From Oscillospiraceae bacterium (GTDB lineage: Bacteria > Bacillota > Clostridia > Oscillospirales > Ruminococcaceae): a stretch of 64,000 nucleotides of DNA. The stretch is taken from positions 60,203 through 124,202 of the forward strand of contig JAZSNN010000031.1 in assembly GCA_045536425.1 (NCBI GenBank), read 5' to 3'. The first letter of the stretch is position 1. Each line of letters starts with the position of its first letter. The position numbers and the translations under genes are program-made. The notes under the pieces are model-generated. The model worked only from the letters and a program-made list of their open reading frames with translations. It did no database searches and had not been told where the DNA came from. Shown here piece by piece: positions 19,889 to 28,170 of this stretch.

Positions 19889-22012
19889 TCACACATTTGT
19901 AAGCTCTTTATCAATTTCATCTTGTATTTGGCTCATTTCTTCCAACAGTTCCTCTGATCGATCATATAGACGCTTAATTTGAGCATCTATATCTTTCAAA
20001 ATCTTCAACTTAACGAAAAACTTGATAATGATAGCCTCTGATACCCATTTCAAGAATCGTGAAACGAATTTCAATTTAGTTCCCAACCAACTAGCACCCG
20101 CTGAAACAACTATGCTTAAAAACCAAAAGAGCATTTGATGTTCAGAGTACCAATAATCAAGAGAATCAATAAACGGAAGTGCACAAAACAGCAAACGTAA
20201 TAACAACAAGAAAAGAAGAACTCCCAAGCAGACAGTAGTTACACGAACTCTATTAGTTTTTTTACTATCAAGAGCAATTGCCTGGTTTGTAAATGAATCG
20301 TATTTTGTTTGCTTGTCATTTTTCCTATCAGTCAATGACTTTATAAGTTTTTCTGTTTGTATACTCAAAAGACTCTTTGTGTCATTAAAGGCACGAGATA
20401 AATTGTCTTTTTCAGTAATATGCGACCTAATACTTTGTTCTTGCTCCGCAATTTTCTTTTGGCTTCTTTCAAAGTTTTCTTGAGATTCACTTAACATTTG
20501 ATCGAATTTGTGATCTACTTCTTCGCTATCTTCAGAAAGTAAATCTTGAATGCTCAAAAGTCTTTGGGAAAGCACAAGAGAAAGTTTTTTTAGTTTAGGC
20601 TCATCGCCAGACAAGCGTTCTTTTTGCCGCTCAATTTCTTTGGAAATCTTAACATAATCTCCGTTTGTTACCAAGCCTTGACTCTTAAACGCAATGACAG
20701 TATTAAAAAAGCCATCTAGTGAAGCTTTTTTAGGGTTGCACAACCACATAACAGTTGCCAATTGAGCCTCAGTAATACACTCAGGAACATTTTTGTGCGA
20801 ATTTTTTACATTCCAATTTGTAAGCCTATTATCGTCAGTTAAAACCCACCAATTAGCTTGATCTGCTTTATACAGGGACTTAGGACGATTAGAGTTCACC
20901 ACATGCACTAGCAATAAGTCGTGTGCTATACCATTGGAAGATGAATTAAGTTTAACTTCCTGCAGTGAATTAAATTCATCACTGTTGATATCAATCAAAT
21001 CAATGTTAAAAATATTCTCATCGACAAAACGAACCTTATATTTGTTAACCAAAATATCTTCCAGTTCATCAATGATAAGTTCTAATTTTGCCGACGTCAA
21101 AGACCTCCTGATGAAAGCCGATGCAAGTCCCGTAAACCCTTCTTCTCCGTATGAACGCAGAACTGTATTTGTAGTTTCTGTAGTATAAGTGGAAAACGAT
21201 CTAATGGTATCTGCTATTTGCTTTATAGTATCTTTGCAAACCCAAAATGTACAGCCCATGTCCGATAGTGCCTCATATGTATCCTGTGCCGCCTGATGTT
21301 CAAGACTTGTTTGTAAGTCTAACAATCTAAAAATATAGTTGCTATCTAGCAAGGCGTTTCCTATACGAAACTCTTCGTTTGAACTTGAAACAAATTGTTC
21401 ATTTGAAATAATAATACTAGACAAAACAATTCCTGCGAATATTTCCTTCATAAATTTGTAATGAACCGTATCATTTTTTCTCTCTTCAAGCAGAAATTCA
21501 GTCAAGTCAATAAACAACTCTTCTACTTCATCATCTATTTCCATATTAGATTGATAATTTATGAAAGAATTGAACTCTATTGCATTTTTTTGTAAAAATT
21601 CAATTATTCCTTTCGAAATTACATTTCTCTCAAAAGAATGTCCTTTTTTTCTGCAAAAAATATCAACATCGCTAAGGAGTGCACGCAACTTAAAATCGTG
21701 TTCCTCCTTTATGGAATACGATTTTAAAGTTTCTTTATTAATTTGGATGCATTCATTCTTAAGTTTTTCTATTTTTCCTTGCCTTTGCAAAATCCTAAGC
21801 AATTGGTTAAGTATAGCCGAATGAATGCGATATCCATATATTTCTTCGTATGTATCGTTTATATTAACTTCCTCAACATAATTTTTGTCGATACTGAACA
21901 AGGCATGTTCTACTAAAGGAAGAAAGCTATCAAGTAACTTGCTATTCGAGTCATATTTAGTTGAAATTACCACATATGAAATAATATTGAATTGTGCATC
22001 CATACCCAACAT
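19889..22012 (-). CDS. large hypothetical protein: ~470-aa N-terminal globular region, long coiled coil, two C-terminal TM helices
   Basis: 707-aa ORF. Predicted hydrophobic helices are ~VTTVCLGVLLFLLLLRLLFCALPFI and MLFWFLSIVVSAGASWLG. Heptad-rich segments flank the TM helices. No known catalytic motif recognised. Confidence 0.55.
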   Translation of the reverse strand: MLGMDAQFNIISYVVISTKYDSNSKLLDSFLPLVEHALFSIDKNYVEEVNINDTYEEIYGYRIHSAILNQLLRILQRQGKIEKLKNECIQINKETLKSYSIKEEHDFKLRALLSDVDIFCRKKGHSFERNVISKGIIEFLQKNAIEFNSFINYQSNMEIDDEVEELFIDLTEFLLEERKNDTVHYKFMKEIFAGIVLSSIIISNEQFVSSSNEEFRIGNALLDSNYIFRLLDLQTSLEHQAAQDTYEALSDMGCTFWVCKDTIKQIADTIRSFSTYTTETTNTVLRSYGEEGFTGLASAFIRRSLTSAKLELIIDELEDILVNKYKVRFVDENIFNIDLIDINSDEFNSLQEVKLNSSSNGIAHDLLLVHVVNSNRPKSLYKADQANWWVLTDDNRLTNWNVKNSHKNVPECITEAQLATVMWLCNPKKASLDGFFNTVIAFKSQGLVTNGDYVKISKEIERQKERLSGDEPKLKKLSLVLSQRLLSIQDLLSEDSEEVDHKFDQMLSESQENFERSQKKIAEQEQSIRSHITEKDNLSRAFNDTKSLLSIQTEKLIKSLTDRKNDKQTKYDSFTNQAIALDSKKTNRVRVTTVCLGVLLFLLLLRLLFCALPFIDSLDYWYSEHQMLFWFLSIVVSAGASWLGTKLKFVSRFLKWVSEAIIIKFFVKLKILKDIDAQIKRLYDRSEELLEEMSQIQDEIDKELTNV

Positions 22013-22065
22013 ATTTTGTGCTCCTTTGTGCTTTTTCTACATTATAGCACACAATTAGACACAAA

Positions 22066-22272
22066 TCAATCGAGATGATTGATGTCGTTTATACGGATCG
22101 CCTCAATCTTGTTGTGTTTTGCAAAACAATCTAGCTTTAGTGGTAATGAATATTTTGTTATATTTTGTATAACAAATCTGTTCTCATAAAAATACACAAT
22201 GTACAAAGCATCATTGTCGAATTTCAAAATATCTCCCGCACGAATTTGATTGTTCAATTTATCCACAAACAT
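22066..22272 (-). CDS. small hypothetical protein, co-oriented immediately upstream of the 707-aa gene
   Basis: 68-aa ORF, 53 nt upstream of the 707-aa gene start, same strand. Confidence 0.4.
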   Translation of the reverse strand: MFVDKLNNQIRAGDILKFDNDALYIVYFYENRFVIQNITKYSLPLKLDCFAKHNKIEAIRINDINHLD

Positions 22273-22436
22273 TGTACCACTCCACTTTATAATCTTAATA
22301 TATTATAATCATACGACACCAATAAACATTCTTGACACACAAACTCACGCTTATTTCTTTTCGCTAAATTATGTAGATAGCATTATTTTGTGCTCTGATG
22401 CTATAAATATAATTTTAAAAAGGATTTGAAAACACT

Positions 22437-22799
22437 ATGGATAAACAAGAAAACAACATCAATAAAGCCGCTGAAACCCTAACCAAAGAACTAGATAACA
22501 TGAGTGCCGAGGGACTACACGATTTCTTCATGTTCTTCTATAAGTTGAATCACCAGCACTATAACATGATTGTCCCAGACAAGTTCGAAGAATTTCTTGA
22601 AGCCTTTGACAGTAATCCATTTAAGATTAATGACGATAAGGCGTTTAGAAAGCAACTGATAGATAATATCATCAAGTATGCTTTCGATCATATGAGTTTG
22701 ATAACTGCTGCCGTACTGATCAAAAAGAAGTTTACGGTAGAGGAAATTACACAAAATTACTACTCTATTATTGACGCATTCACAAACGAATGGTTTTAA
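22437..22799 (+). CDS. hypothetical protein
   Basis: 120-aa ORF with AAAAGGA RBS, followed by a terminator-like hairpin at ~22850-22890. Confidence 0.4.
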   Translation: MDKQENNINKAAETLTKELDNMSAEGLHDFFMFFYKLNHQHYNMIVPDKFEEFLEAFDSNPFKINDDKAFRKQLIDNIIKYAFDHMSLITAAVLIKKKFTVEEITQNYYSIIDAFTNEWF

Positions 22800-23061
22800 T
22801 TTACTTTTGCACACATATTGATAGCACAAAATATCAATTTTTGTTGTCGCAACAAAAAGAAAAGCTGATGATTTCTTATAAATCGTCAGCTTTTTAAATT
22901 TTTTAATTATTTTTTGAAAATTCTAAAAATTTGAAAACTTTACCGTATTATATGTTAAGGAGGTTATTATAATTAAAGTTAATTAAAAATTTTGTGATTT
23001 AATTAAAAGTATTAAAATTTATTGATTTTAGAATTAGTATTTATTTTATGAAATTTATTTA

Positions 23062-23406
23062 ATGAAAGGACTTAAAAACGTTATGTTTAAAAAATTTAGT
23101 TTAAAAACTATTCAACAACAGCTCTCAACTCTAACCTATGATCAAATCGAATTGCTCTTCTTTACGTTCAAGCAACTCAATCTCGACCGTAATTTCTTTT
23201 CAACCGAAAAGTCTCACATGAAATTTATCGTCGATCTATTCGAACTTCCATGTAACAGAAACCCCTCATCTTTTAAGACCTTTATTACATATTCCATCCC
23301 CAAGTATACCTCCAAATCAAAATACCCTCGATTACTACAAACTATAGAAATGATAAAAAAAGATTACACCCTCAATCAAGTAATCAATAACCTTATCAAA
23401 AAATAA
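23062..23406 (+). CDS. hypothetical protein
   Basis: 114-aa ORF with AAAGGA RBS. Confidence 0.4.
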   Translation: MKGLKNVMFKKFSLKTIQQQLSTLTYDQIELLFFTFKQLNLDRNFFSTEKSHMKFIVDLFELPCNRNPSSFKTFITYSIPKYTSKSKYPRLLQTIEMIKKDYTLNQVINNLIKK

Positions 23407-23599
23407 CTAAACTTAAGACGTTCTTGCAACCTTTTATTGCAAGAACGTCTTTTCTTTTGCCAAATTAATATCACTTATATAAAGTCTTAACCTTACATAC
23501 TATTTTGTTCATAAGACCCCTTTTGTTCAATTTTCGAACAACCATTTTATTTTTATTCATATTACTCAAGATACAGCTAATACATTTTCTAAATAAAAC

Positions 23600-23760
23600 T
23601 ATTATAAATTTTTACCCAAAAATTTATAATATAAATATTATTAATTTAATATTATTAATTTATTATTATTTTTATTTAAAATATCAACCATATACATCCA
23701 AAAACTTAACCACCGCACATCAAAAATCCAACCATATACATCCAAAAATCCGACCATTCA
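23600..23760. repeat. AT-rich tract plus two exact 20-bp direct repeats (iteron-like), putative replication origin of the island
   Basis: CAACCATATACATCCAAAAA occurs at 23685..23704 and 23729..23748. It is preceded by a nearly pure A/T stretch (aatattattaatttaatattattaatttattattattttta). The RepA_N-like gene lies immediately to the right. Confidence 0.45.
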
Positions 23761-23790
23761 AATTTTGCACCAAACTTGTATATAATAAAA

Positions 23791-23809
23791 GCCCGCGCAA
23801 AGTGCGGGC
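23791..23809. terminator. hairpin GCCCGCGCAAAGTGCGGGC with flanking A/T runs (terminator of the RepA_N-like gene, also serving the plus strand)
   Basis: Perfect 6-bp GC stem with a 7-nt loop, followed by A/T runs on both strands. Confidence 0.45.
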
Positions 23810-23816
23810 AAAATGT

Positions 23817-24209
23817 TTAAAAAGAAAACTGAAACTTTTCGTTCTCCTCTTCGTTCGAATTTGAATTTAATCTAAAATCACTATATAACTTGTTAAATGC
23901 CGCTGGATCGAATTTAAAATATCTCTTCTTTGGCATCCCATGATATTTAACTTTAATGATACCATATGTTTCAAGTTCTTTACACGAAACCAATTGTTGA
24001 TGTTTACTTAACCCCGTATTGTAATACATATTCTCAACCGTACTAAAGAACCAACCACCCTGTTGTAATCCGCCATGTTCTTTCCAATATGTATATTCAG
24101 AATATATTTCCGATAACATAACCGCCGTATTTAAATTAAACTTTCGAATAAACGGTCGCGGAAGTCTAACAAAATCACTTTCGAACATCTTATCTAATTT
24201 ACTTTTCAT
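23817..24209 (-). CDS. RepA_N-like winged-helix replication initiator (short form)
   Basis: 130 aa. The segment LSEIYSEYTYWKEHGGLQQGGWFFSTVENMYYNTGLSKHQQLVSCKELETYGII matches the RepA_N / DnaD-like wHTH pattern (GWFF.T.E.m...TGLS..QQ...K.LE..GiI). Adjacent to iterons. Confidence 0.45.
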   Translation of the reverse strand: MKSKLDKMFESDFVRLPRPFIRKFNLNTAVMLSEIYSEYTYWKEHGGLQQGGWFFSTVENMYYNTGLSKHQQLVSCKELETYGIIKVKYHGMPKKRYFKFDPAAFNKLYSDFRLNSNSNEEENEKFQFSF

Positions 24210-24332
24210 ATAACAATATAAGTAGATCTTAAAATTTTATATATAGATATAATAAACCCACTTATCCTTTCAAAATACTATACAGTATTTTTAAAAGAAT
24301 CAAATCAAACAAAAAACAATACGCTAAATTAA

Positions 24333-24860
24333 TTGAATAAATCAAAAGCCCGAGATAGATCTATTAACATCAGAAAGATAATCATTATGAAAACAACGAA
24401 TCGAACAAAATCAGATTTACAAAGACTGATTAAAGAATCCCTCGTCAAACTAGACGCAAGACAATTCAAAACACTTTATGCCATTATTGTTCATTGTCGC
24501 GCACATGATAAACATTTTATAAGCACACAGAACTTCTTCAACCTCTGGTGCGAACTTAATATTCTATGTGCCGACTTTGACGAAAGTTTTCCTAGTCCGT
24601 ACGACGATCACTTACTACTCAAATCCTTCTGCAGTGCTCACCCGTATTATTTTATAGATATATTACCATTAGACCTAATCGAAAAACTCTTTTCAGAACA
24701 CTTAGACCTAAACTTAAACATATTATTGAATCTAATTCAAACCATATATGAACAAGATTCTAAAGCCGCACACCAGTATATTATAGATGAATTCAACATT
24801 GAGCACACCGCAGATAAACTTGTTGCCGACTTGGAAGCGCACATCAAATATTACTCATGA
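24333..24860 (+). CDS. hypothetical protein
   Basis: 175-aa ORF; an alternative start MKTTNRTK lies at ~24387. Confidence 0.4.
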   Translation: MNKSKARDRSINIRKIIIMKTTNRTKSDLQRLIKESLVKLDARQFKTLYAIIVHCRAHDKHFISTQNFFNLWCELNILCADFDESFPSPYDDHLLLKSFCSAHPYYFIDILPLDLIEKLFSEHLDLNLNILLNLIQTIYEQDSKAAHQYIIDEFNIEHTADKLVADLEAHIKYYS

Positions 24861-24953
24861 ATTTGTTTAGGGCCATAGTTAAAAACTATAGCCCTAACTA
24901 TTCTATTTTTACAAACTATTCAATCGACTTAAGTTGTATATTTTTTAGATTTA

Positions 24954-25445
24954 TTATGATTCTGTTAGTGTGTAACAAGCACTATTATATTCACCATTTT
25001 TATCAACATAATATTTCAACATACAATAATCAAAATCGTCTATACTTGAAGTTTCTTCAAAAACAACTTTATATTTTCTTTTCTCAAATTTGTCGAAATC
25101 GTACTCTTCTACCGTATACAGTTTTCTTTCAGCAACACCTTTTACGTTTTCATCCTTACAGCCCGAAGCTGCAGCGCAAGTAGCAGGCATCCATTTTTTA
25201 TTTTCATCTGTTTCTTTCACAAGAGTTTCGCAAAATGTTGATTCAGTATATTTCATAATAAGACTATCTCTAACTACAAGTAGAAACTCGTCACTCCAAT
25301 CGAGCACTGATGGTAGATCACCCTTTTCACCCGTACAACCAAAATAAACCTTGGGGACTTGATAAGAAATATCACCATCACTAACAAAATCTTTCTTTTC
25401 AATTTCTGGTCTCATAGGAACCGAACCATTAAAATAATTATTCAT
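24954..25445 (-). CDS. hypothetical protein
   Basis: 163-aa ORF, Cys-containing; GGAAAGG RBS region. Confidence 0.4.
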   Translation of the reverse strand: MNNYFNGSVPMRPEIEKKDFVSDGDISYQVPKVYFGCTGEKGDLPSVLDWSDEFLLVVRDSLIMKYTESTFCETLVKETDENKKWMPATCAAASGCKDENVKGVAERKLYTVEEYDFDKFEKRKYKVVFEETSSIDDFDYCMLKYYVDKNGEYNSACYTLTES

Positions 25446-25544
25446 ATTTTTTACCTTTCCGCCTTAATAGGCATTTCAAATTTTTTTAATATTTTTTGTT
25501 TTGGGGCTATATTGTTGATTTATAGTCCCTATGTTGTTGATAAC

Positions 25545-26078
25545 TTAGAACTTTAATCCATCAAACACCAACTGACGCTGAGAAGGCACAGGTGGAACAT
25601 ACTCGTTAGGCATAGGCGAAGTATTGTTAAATGAATATCCAGTCACCGACTTCTGATAAGTACTTGTACAGGATACCGGATCTCTCCACTCGGGAAGCTT
25701 AGCCTGATAAGCACGAGTAATACAAAAGAGCACCTTTGCATAGACAGCGCCATTATAGCTATCGTGCTTAACTCTTACAGCTCCGTCTTTACCAACCCAA
25801 GACTCATAGTCATTAAGGTCATAGTTGGTGATTCCAAAGGACTCAAAGAACTTGCCGAGATGATGATTGGTTTTCTCGGGGTTGCTAGGGTCTAGAATGA
25901 TTCGATGCCAAAGTTTTCCTGGATAGCCAGACACATCAAGCATAATCTCAAATCCATCGTTGCCCGAGCTATAGGTTTTAATTGTTACTTTGCTCACTAC
26001 TACTCTGTGGTCTCCCTCAGGGATGAGGGTATTCTCGTTAATCTTAAAGTCTGCTGCGTTATAATTCCATGTAATCAT
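25545..26078 (-). CDS. hypothetical protein (possibly phage/island-associated)
   Basis: 177-aa ORF with AAGGAG RBS; no family confidently recognised. Confidence 0.45.
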   Translation of the reverse strand: MITWNYNAADFKINENTLIPEGDHRVVVSKVTIKTYSSGNDGFEIMLDVSGYPGKLWHRIILDPSNPEKTNHHLGKFFESFGITNYDLNDYESWVGKDGAVRVKHDSYNGAVYAKVLFCITRAYQAKLPEWRDPVSCTSTYQKSVTGYSFNNTSPMPNEYVPPVPSQRQLVFDGLKF

Positions 26079-26143
26079 TTTTTGCTCCTTTGATTTAATA
26101 AAATTTTATATAAGTATTTAGCCGTTTTAACGTCGGCCGCACG

Positions 26144-26338
26144 TATAACAAAAAATATAAAACAACTACAAAATCCAATATTCAATTTCCAAAGATCAAT
26201 TCAAAAAATACAAACACCAAAAACCACTTAACTCAAACTAAACCACCAAAAACCACACCCCACTTTCTAAACACCAACCAAACAACCACTCCTTTTATAC
26301 TTTTATAAAAACAAACAATAACCACCCCCAAAAAAATT
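26144..26338. repeat. ~195-nt tract with a single G on the plus strand, containing two exact CACCAAAAACCAC repeats
   Basis: Visual scan shows only one G (26194) between 26144 and 26338. Thirteen-mer copies lie at 26215..26227 and 26244..26256. Additional AACCAC-type half-repeats are present. Confidence 0.5.
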
Positions 26339-26411
26339 TGTATATAGTACAATACGGTAAAATTTCTTATAATTTTGCATTTTTGTAAAAAATTTTAAAA
26401 AAAAAGCTATA

Positions 26412-26450
26412 AAGACTCCGCACCTTAAAAACAAAGTGCGGAGTCTTTAT
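26412..26450. terminator. bidirectional terminator hairpin AGACTCCGCAC...GTGCGGAGTCT
   Basis: Perfect 11-bp stem flanked by A/T runs on both sides. Confidence 0.5.
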
Positions 26451-26580
26451 AAATTTACAGTATCAAAAGAAACCTTAAAGATTTTGTATTAAAAGGGGCT
26501 CCCGAAACAAGCAAAACACGACATAATATAAGTATAAAAAGAAGCTTTAGTTTGTTTCAATACTGAATCAGGAGGCCAAC

Positions 26581-27294
26581 ATGGCAACATATGCTTATTG
26601 CAGAGTATCAACACCGCATCAGAGGTTAGAGAGACAAATTACCAACATCACAGCAATCTATCCAAACGCTATTATCATTAGAGAATTCTTTACAGGAACA
26701 ACCCAGAACAGACCCAACTGGGAAAAACTCATGGGGCAAATAAAATCGGGAGACGTCATCGTTTTTGATAGTGTCTCTAGAATGAGTCGTAATGCCGAAG
26801 AAGGTTTTAGAGATTACAAAATGTTATATGAGCGTAACATTAGCCTCGTCTTTCTCAATGAACCTTTAATTAATACTTCTGTCTTTGATTCTACACGTAA
26901 CAACTTATTGAAAATTGATATCGAAACCGGTAATAATGCCGTTGATGAGTTTTTCAAGGGCAACGTTCAGCTCATAAATAACTTTATGATGGCTCTTGCC
27001 GAACAACAAATCAAAGCAGCCTTTGAGCAATCCGAAAAGGAGGTCACAGACTTACATACACGCATTAGTCAGGGGATGCGTGAGAGCAAAAAGAACGGTA
27101 AACAAATCGGGCTCACAAAGGGAACGACATTGATTACTAATAAATCAATCAAGTGCAAAGAAATAATAAAAAAGCATGCCACCGAATTCGGTGGCATGCT
27201 TAGTGACAAAGAGGTAATGACACTCTGTAAAATATCAAGGAATTCTTATTACAAATATAAGGGAGAATTAAAGAAACAAAGTACCAACACCTAA
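26581..27294 (+). CDS. small serine recombinase (resolvase/invertase family) with C-terminal HTH
   Basis: 237 aa with catalytic Ser in YCRVSTPHQ, conserved D/R residues (DSVSRMSRN) and a C-terminal HTH; GGAGG RBS. Confidence 0.85.
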   Translation: MATYAYCRVSTPHQRLERQITNITAIYPNAIIIREFFTGTTQNRPNWEKLMGQIKSGDVIVFDSVSRMSRNAEEGFRDYKMLYERNISLVFLNEPLINTSVFDSTRNNLLKIDIETGNNAVDEFFKGNVQLINNFMMALAEQQIKAAFEQSEKEVTDLHTRISQGMRESKKNGKQIGLTKGTTLITNKSIKCKEIIKKHATEFGGMLSDKEVMTLCKISRNSYYKYKGELKKQSTNT

Positions 27295-27296
27295 TA

Positions 27297-27578
27297 TTAT
27301 AAACTTTCCAAAAAAGCTATTAACAACTTCTTTTGCTTTGGTGTAAGTTTAGAAAACGCAGTAGCGAGTTCGTCCTGTTGTATTTCCACCCTAAAGAATT
27401 CTTGGAGGGAAATATCCATAGCATCACACAAGAGTTGCAAGTGACCGACAGTAATATCAGCTTGTCCAAGTTCAACCCTGCGAAGATGCGTTTGAGAAAC
27501 CCCTGCCCTTTCCGCAAGACCATTTTGGGTAAGCCAACTCTTATTTCTTAATTCAACCAATCTTTCTCCAACGTTCAT
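27297..27578 (-). CDS. XRE-family helix-turn-helix transcriptional regulator
   Basis: 93 aa, LTQNGLAERAGVSQTHLRRVELGQADITVGHLQLLCDAM; AAGGAG RBS; divergent from the four-gene operon. Confidence 0.7.
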   Translation of the reverse strand: MNVGERLVELRNKSWLTQNGLAERAGVSQTHLRRVELGQADITVGHLQLLCDAMDISLQEFFRVEIQQDELATAFSKLTPKQKKLLIAFLESL

Positions 27579-27591
27579 AATACGACTCCTT

Positions 27592-27678
27592 AATTAGTCT
27601 TATAAGAATATACTAACACTTTAATAGGGAAAATATTAGTTTTATAAGGTTGACGAATTAGTCTTATAGTGATATAAT
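27592..27678 (+). promoter_or_regulatory. sigma-A-type promoter (TTGACG-17-TATAAT) with two AATTAGTCTTATA direct repeats (candidate XRE operators)
   Basis: -35 at 27650..27655 and -10 at 27673..27678. Thirteen-mers lie at 27592..27604 (overlapping the XRE gene RBS) and 27656..27668 (inside the promoter spacer). Confidence 0.45.
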
Positions 27679-28001
27679 TTGTAATAATACCAAACGATAT
27701 GTCGAAAGAAGAAAAATGAGTACAAACAACAACCTAGCAAAAGATGAAGTAATATCAAAAGCTAGAAGCGAATTCAGTACTACTTGATAAAGCATTATCG
27801 ATTAAAAAGATTGGGAATTTTGTATTATAACGTTACTTGCCAAACTATAATTCAGCAGATCGAAAAGCACACCAAAAAGTGGGTAGTATACAGTTTTTGT
27901 ACTTACGCTTCAAATTTGATAAAAACGCAAATTCCATCGATGTGAGTGCATAGTGTTTTTCTTATCAATATGGTTTGGCAACTACTGGAGTTTGTGTTTT
28001 T

Positions 28002-28033
28002 AGTGCGACTACTTCGGTAGTCTCACTTTTTGT
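28002..28033 (+). terminator. intrinsic terminator/attenuator in the leader upstream of the four-gene operon
   Basis: AGTGCGACTAC-TTCG-GTAGTCTCACT hairpin followed by TTTTTG, ~140 nt before the operon start codon. Confidence 0.45.
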
Positions 28034-28170
28034 TTCAATCTCTTTTAAAAAATTAAACCTAAGACTTTATAGAAATTGATTTTTAAACTCGAACCAAATT
28101 CTAAACGACTTTTTAAATAAATCCAATTAAATTCACACCAAAACATCTCACATTTCGAGGAGGTTTAATA

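Noticed and set aside
22800-23060. AT-rich intergenic stretches 22800..23060 and 23400..23600 as genes or sRNAs
   Set aside because: There are no ORFs with RBS and no conserved structure I could recognise. They look like typical AT-rich island spacer with a terminator hairpin at ~22850..22890.
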